Shown in pieces: positions 62,134 through 64,000 of a DNA stretch of 64,000 nucleotides. The translations under genes and the position numbers were made by a program. Source of the stretch: Pelagomonas calceolata (taxonomy: Eukaryota); assembly GCA_918797485.1 (NCBI GenBank), contig CAKKNE010000006.1, positions 744,001 through 808,000 of the forward strand, written 5' to 3'. Below the pieces are notes generated by a model that was given only the letters and a program-made list of their open reading frames with translations, searched no databases and was not told the DNA's origin. How positions within the stretch are numbered: position 1 is the first letter of the stretch; each line of letters starts with the position of its first letter.

Positions 62134-64000
62134 ATGGCCTCGGACGCGCCCTGGCGCACGGAAGGATCCGTATTAATCGGCTTGGACTTAGTCCGTTCAG
62201 TGATGGGCGTCGAAGGAGGCATCAAGGAACAGGCCCACGCGAAAGTCGTCGGCTGGTTGTCCGCGGCCGAATCGGACTTCGAGGACACGCGGGGCAACCC
62301 GGCGCCGCTGTACCGCATCAAGTACTTAGATGGCGCGCTCGCGGGCGACGAGGAGGATTTGGAGGAGTACGAGGTGCGCAATTCGGTGCCAGATGCGGAT
62401 CGAAGAGCTCTTGCCGAGCGCGAGGGCGTGCCGTACGTCGAGCCGACCAAGAAACGGAAGGTCGCGCCTCCGAAAAAACCGGCCGCCAAGAAGAAGAAGC
62501 GCGGCGGCGCCATCGCGGCCACGAAGGCCGCGCCGCGGCCCAAGAAGAAGAAGAAGCGCGAGTCGTCGGTGGTCGTGCAGCGAGAGGAAGCTCCAAGACC
62601 TCTCAGAAGGGCCGCGGCGCAAGCCGCGTTAAACAGAGGTTTTGCAGATGGCATGATGGCGTCCGCGCACCGAGGGAGGGACGAGGTCGTGCGCATCGGG
62701 CTGGCGCGGCGCGCGTTGCAGGAGCTCACGGTCGAGACCGGGGCCCCAAAAGTGAACCGGCGCGACGTGACGAAGAAGTGCGCTCGCGGCGTCCTGCGGT
62801 GCTGCGGTGCCTTCACTTCCTTAATTCCAGGGGTGGTTTCATTTTTGATTTTGAGGCGATTCGGACCGCGCAGGTGCCGCGAGCTCGCCGGCAAACTTTC
62901 AAGAGGCGACGTGACGCACGAGACGGCCAAGGACCTGAGCGACGACGACGGCTACTTGCATTCGGACGACGAGGGCATCACGGACCTGCCGCTGGCGTCT
63001 TCTCTCGTGGAACACGCGCTCGATGCGCTCGTCGAGCAGGGCGAGGTGAAGAAGTCCGGTGATGATTATGCGCTGGTCGTCGACGACGACGGGGACTGGC
63101 GCGGGGCGGCGTCCTGTCCGAGGCGCCTTCCGCTCGGCGCCGTCGAGGCGCCGTCGCGTCGATGGCGTCTGGCGCCCCCCGTACGCCGTCGCCGCGGCCG
63201 CGCGAGAGTCTCACGCGCAGGTCCGACGACCCGGACAACCAGCAGCACAAGTCTTTACTGTTCTCGAAGCCGCCCCAGAGCTACGAGAACGCGCTAGCTA
63301 GAACACTGAACGAGCGGCCGTCGGGTGCGCGCGCGTCGTGGCGGTCCGTGCGAAGACACGTTATTGTGCTCCCGCAAGGCCCTGATGAAGACGTCGAAGA
63401 ACCACAAGAGGAGGAGGAGGAGCAGGAGGACCCGGAGATGGCCCAGGCGCTGCGCGACGCGTGCTTCGAGGCCGCGCGCATCGCGGCGAACGACTCGTCG
63501 GAACGTCCCACAAAAACGGCGTTCGCGATCTTCAAGGTGCTGACTCGGCGTTTTCAGTGATCTTGAACTTGTCGGGGTCGCCGCGACGGCGTAGTGTCGC
63601 GACGGCGTCGTTCCCGCGCAGGAGACGTCGATGAAGGCCGCGGTGGCCAAGACGATGGACGGCCATTCCCTGAACGACGACCCCGCCCCGGGCTGGTACC
63701 GCGAGCTCGTCGCGCGGCGGTCCGGAGATAAAGTGGACGCTTATTATTATCCTCCTGACGGGACGCAGCTGCGGTCGCGGCCCGACGTGCGCCGCTACTT
63801 CGAGGCCCATCCCGACGAGGCCAAGGTCGGGGATCGTACGTCTCGGCGTCTTCACGCCATCGACGCGACTCGTGGGTGGTGCTCTGGTCCAAATTTGGGC
63901 CGATTCGGACCGCGTCGATGCTCCGCGCAGGTACGCTGGACCCCCAGAGCGACTTCCAGTTTGCGTATAGCAAAGTTCCCAGTAGTGAAATTGCGAGATG
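62134..64000 (+). CDS. Tudor-like + MBD chromatin protein, 3'-partial; introns 62778-62873, 63099-63220 (GC donor), 63537-63621 and 63836-63930
   Basis: The spliced product contains DDPAPGWYRELVARRSGDKVDAYYYPPDGTQLRSRPDVRRYFE...DFQF (MBD); N-terminal VVGWL...YRIKYLDGALAGDEEDLE. Confidence 0.75.

Noticed and set aside
1..64000. Autonomous transposase, rRNA or tRNA genes
   Set aside because: No DDE, reverse transcriptase or structural RNA signature was recognised.

Overview
Gene-dense, very GC-rich eukaryotic nuclear DNA, most likely from a pelagophyte alga (Pelagomonas/Aureococcus-like; inferred from composition, gene content and intron style). About 33 protein-coding genes are present, including SEC24, RAD51, prefoldin 6, AGC and TKL kinases, a bestrophin, a patatin, a bZIP, a Myb, a multi-domain glycosyltransferase, two MBD chromatin genes and four members of a (MYND)-RING-CH-TPR family. 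No rRNA, tRNA, CRISPR array or transposase is visible. The main hidden structure is in the introns. I reconstructed 19 spliceosomal introns by reading-frame repair. Three are intact non-autonomous DNA transposons (introners) with 15-bp TIRs (CTGTGTGGAAATCAA) and ~8-bp target-site duplications that supply the 5' splice site. Two others are near-identical copies in unrelated genes. All 19 share one architecture: a GY donor, a CNGYG(T) motif at +8..+11, a CRCAG end and a following exon starting with G. This suggests that nearly every intron here is an introner at some stage of decay. Two further dispersed motifs occur: an orientation-independent GCCATCGACGCG motif concentrated in introns, and a CTAG-flanked ~23-bp motif upstream of genes. 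All splice models are inferred without RNA evidence.
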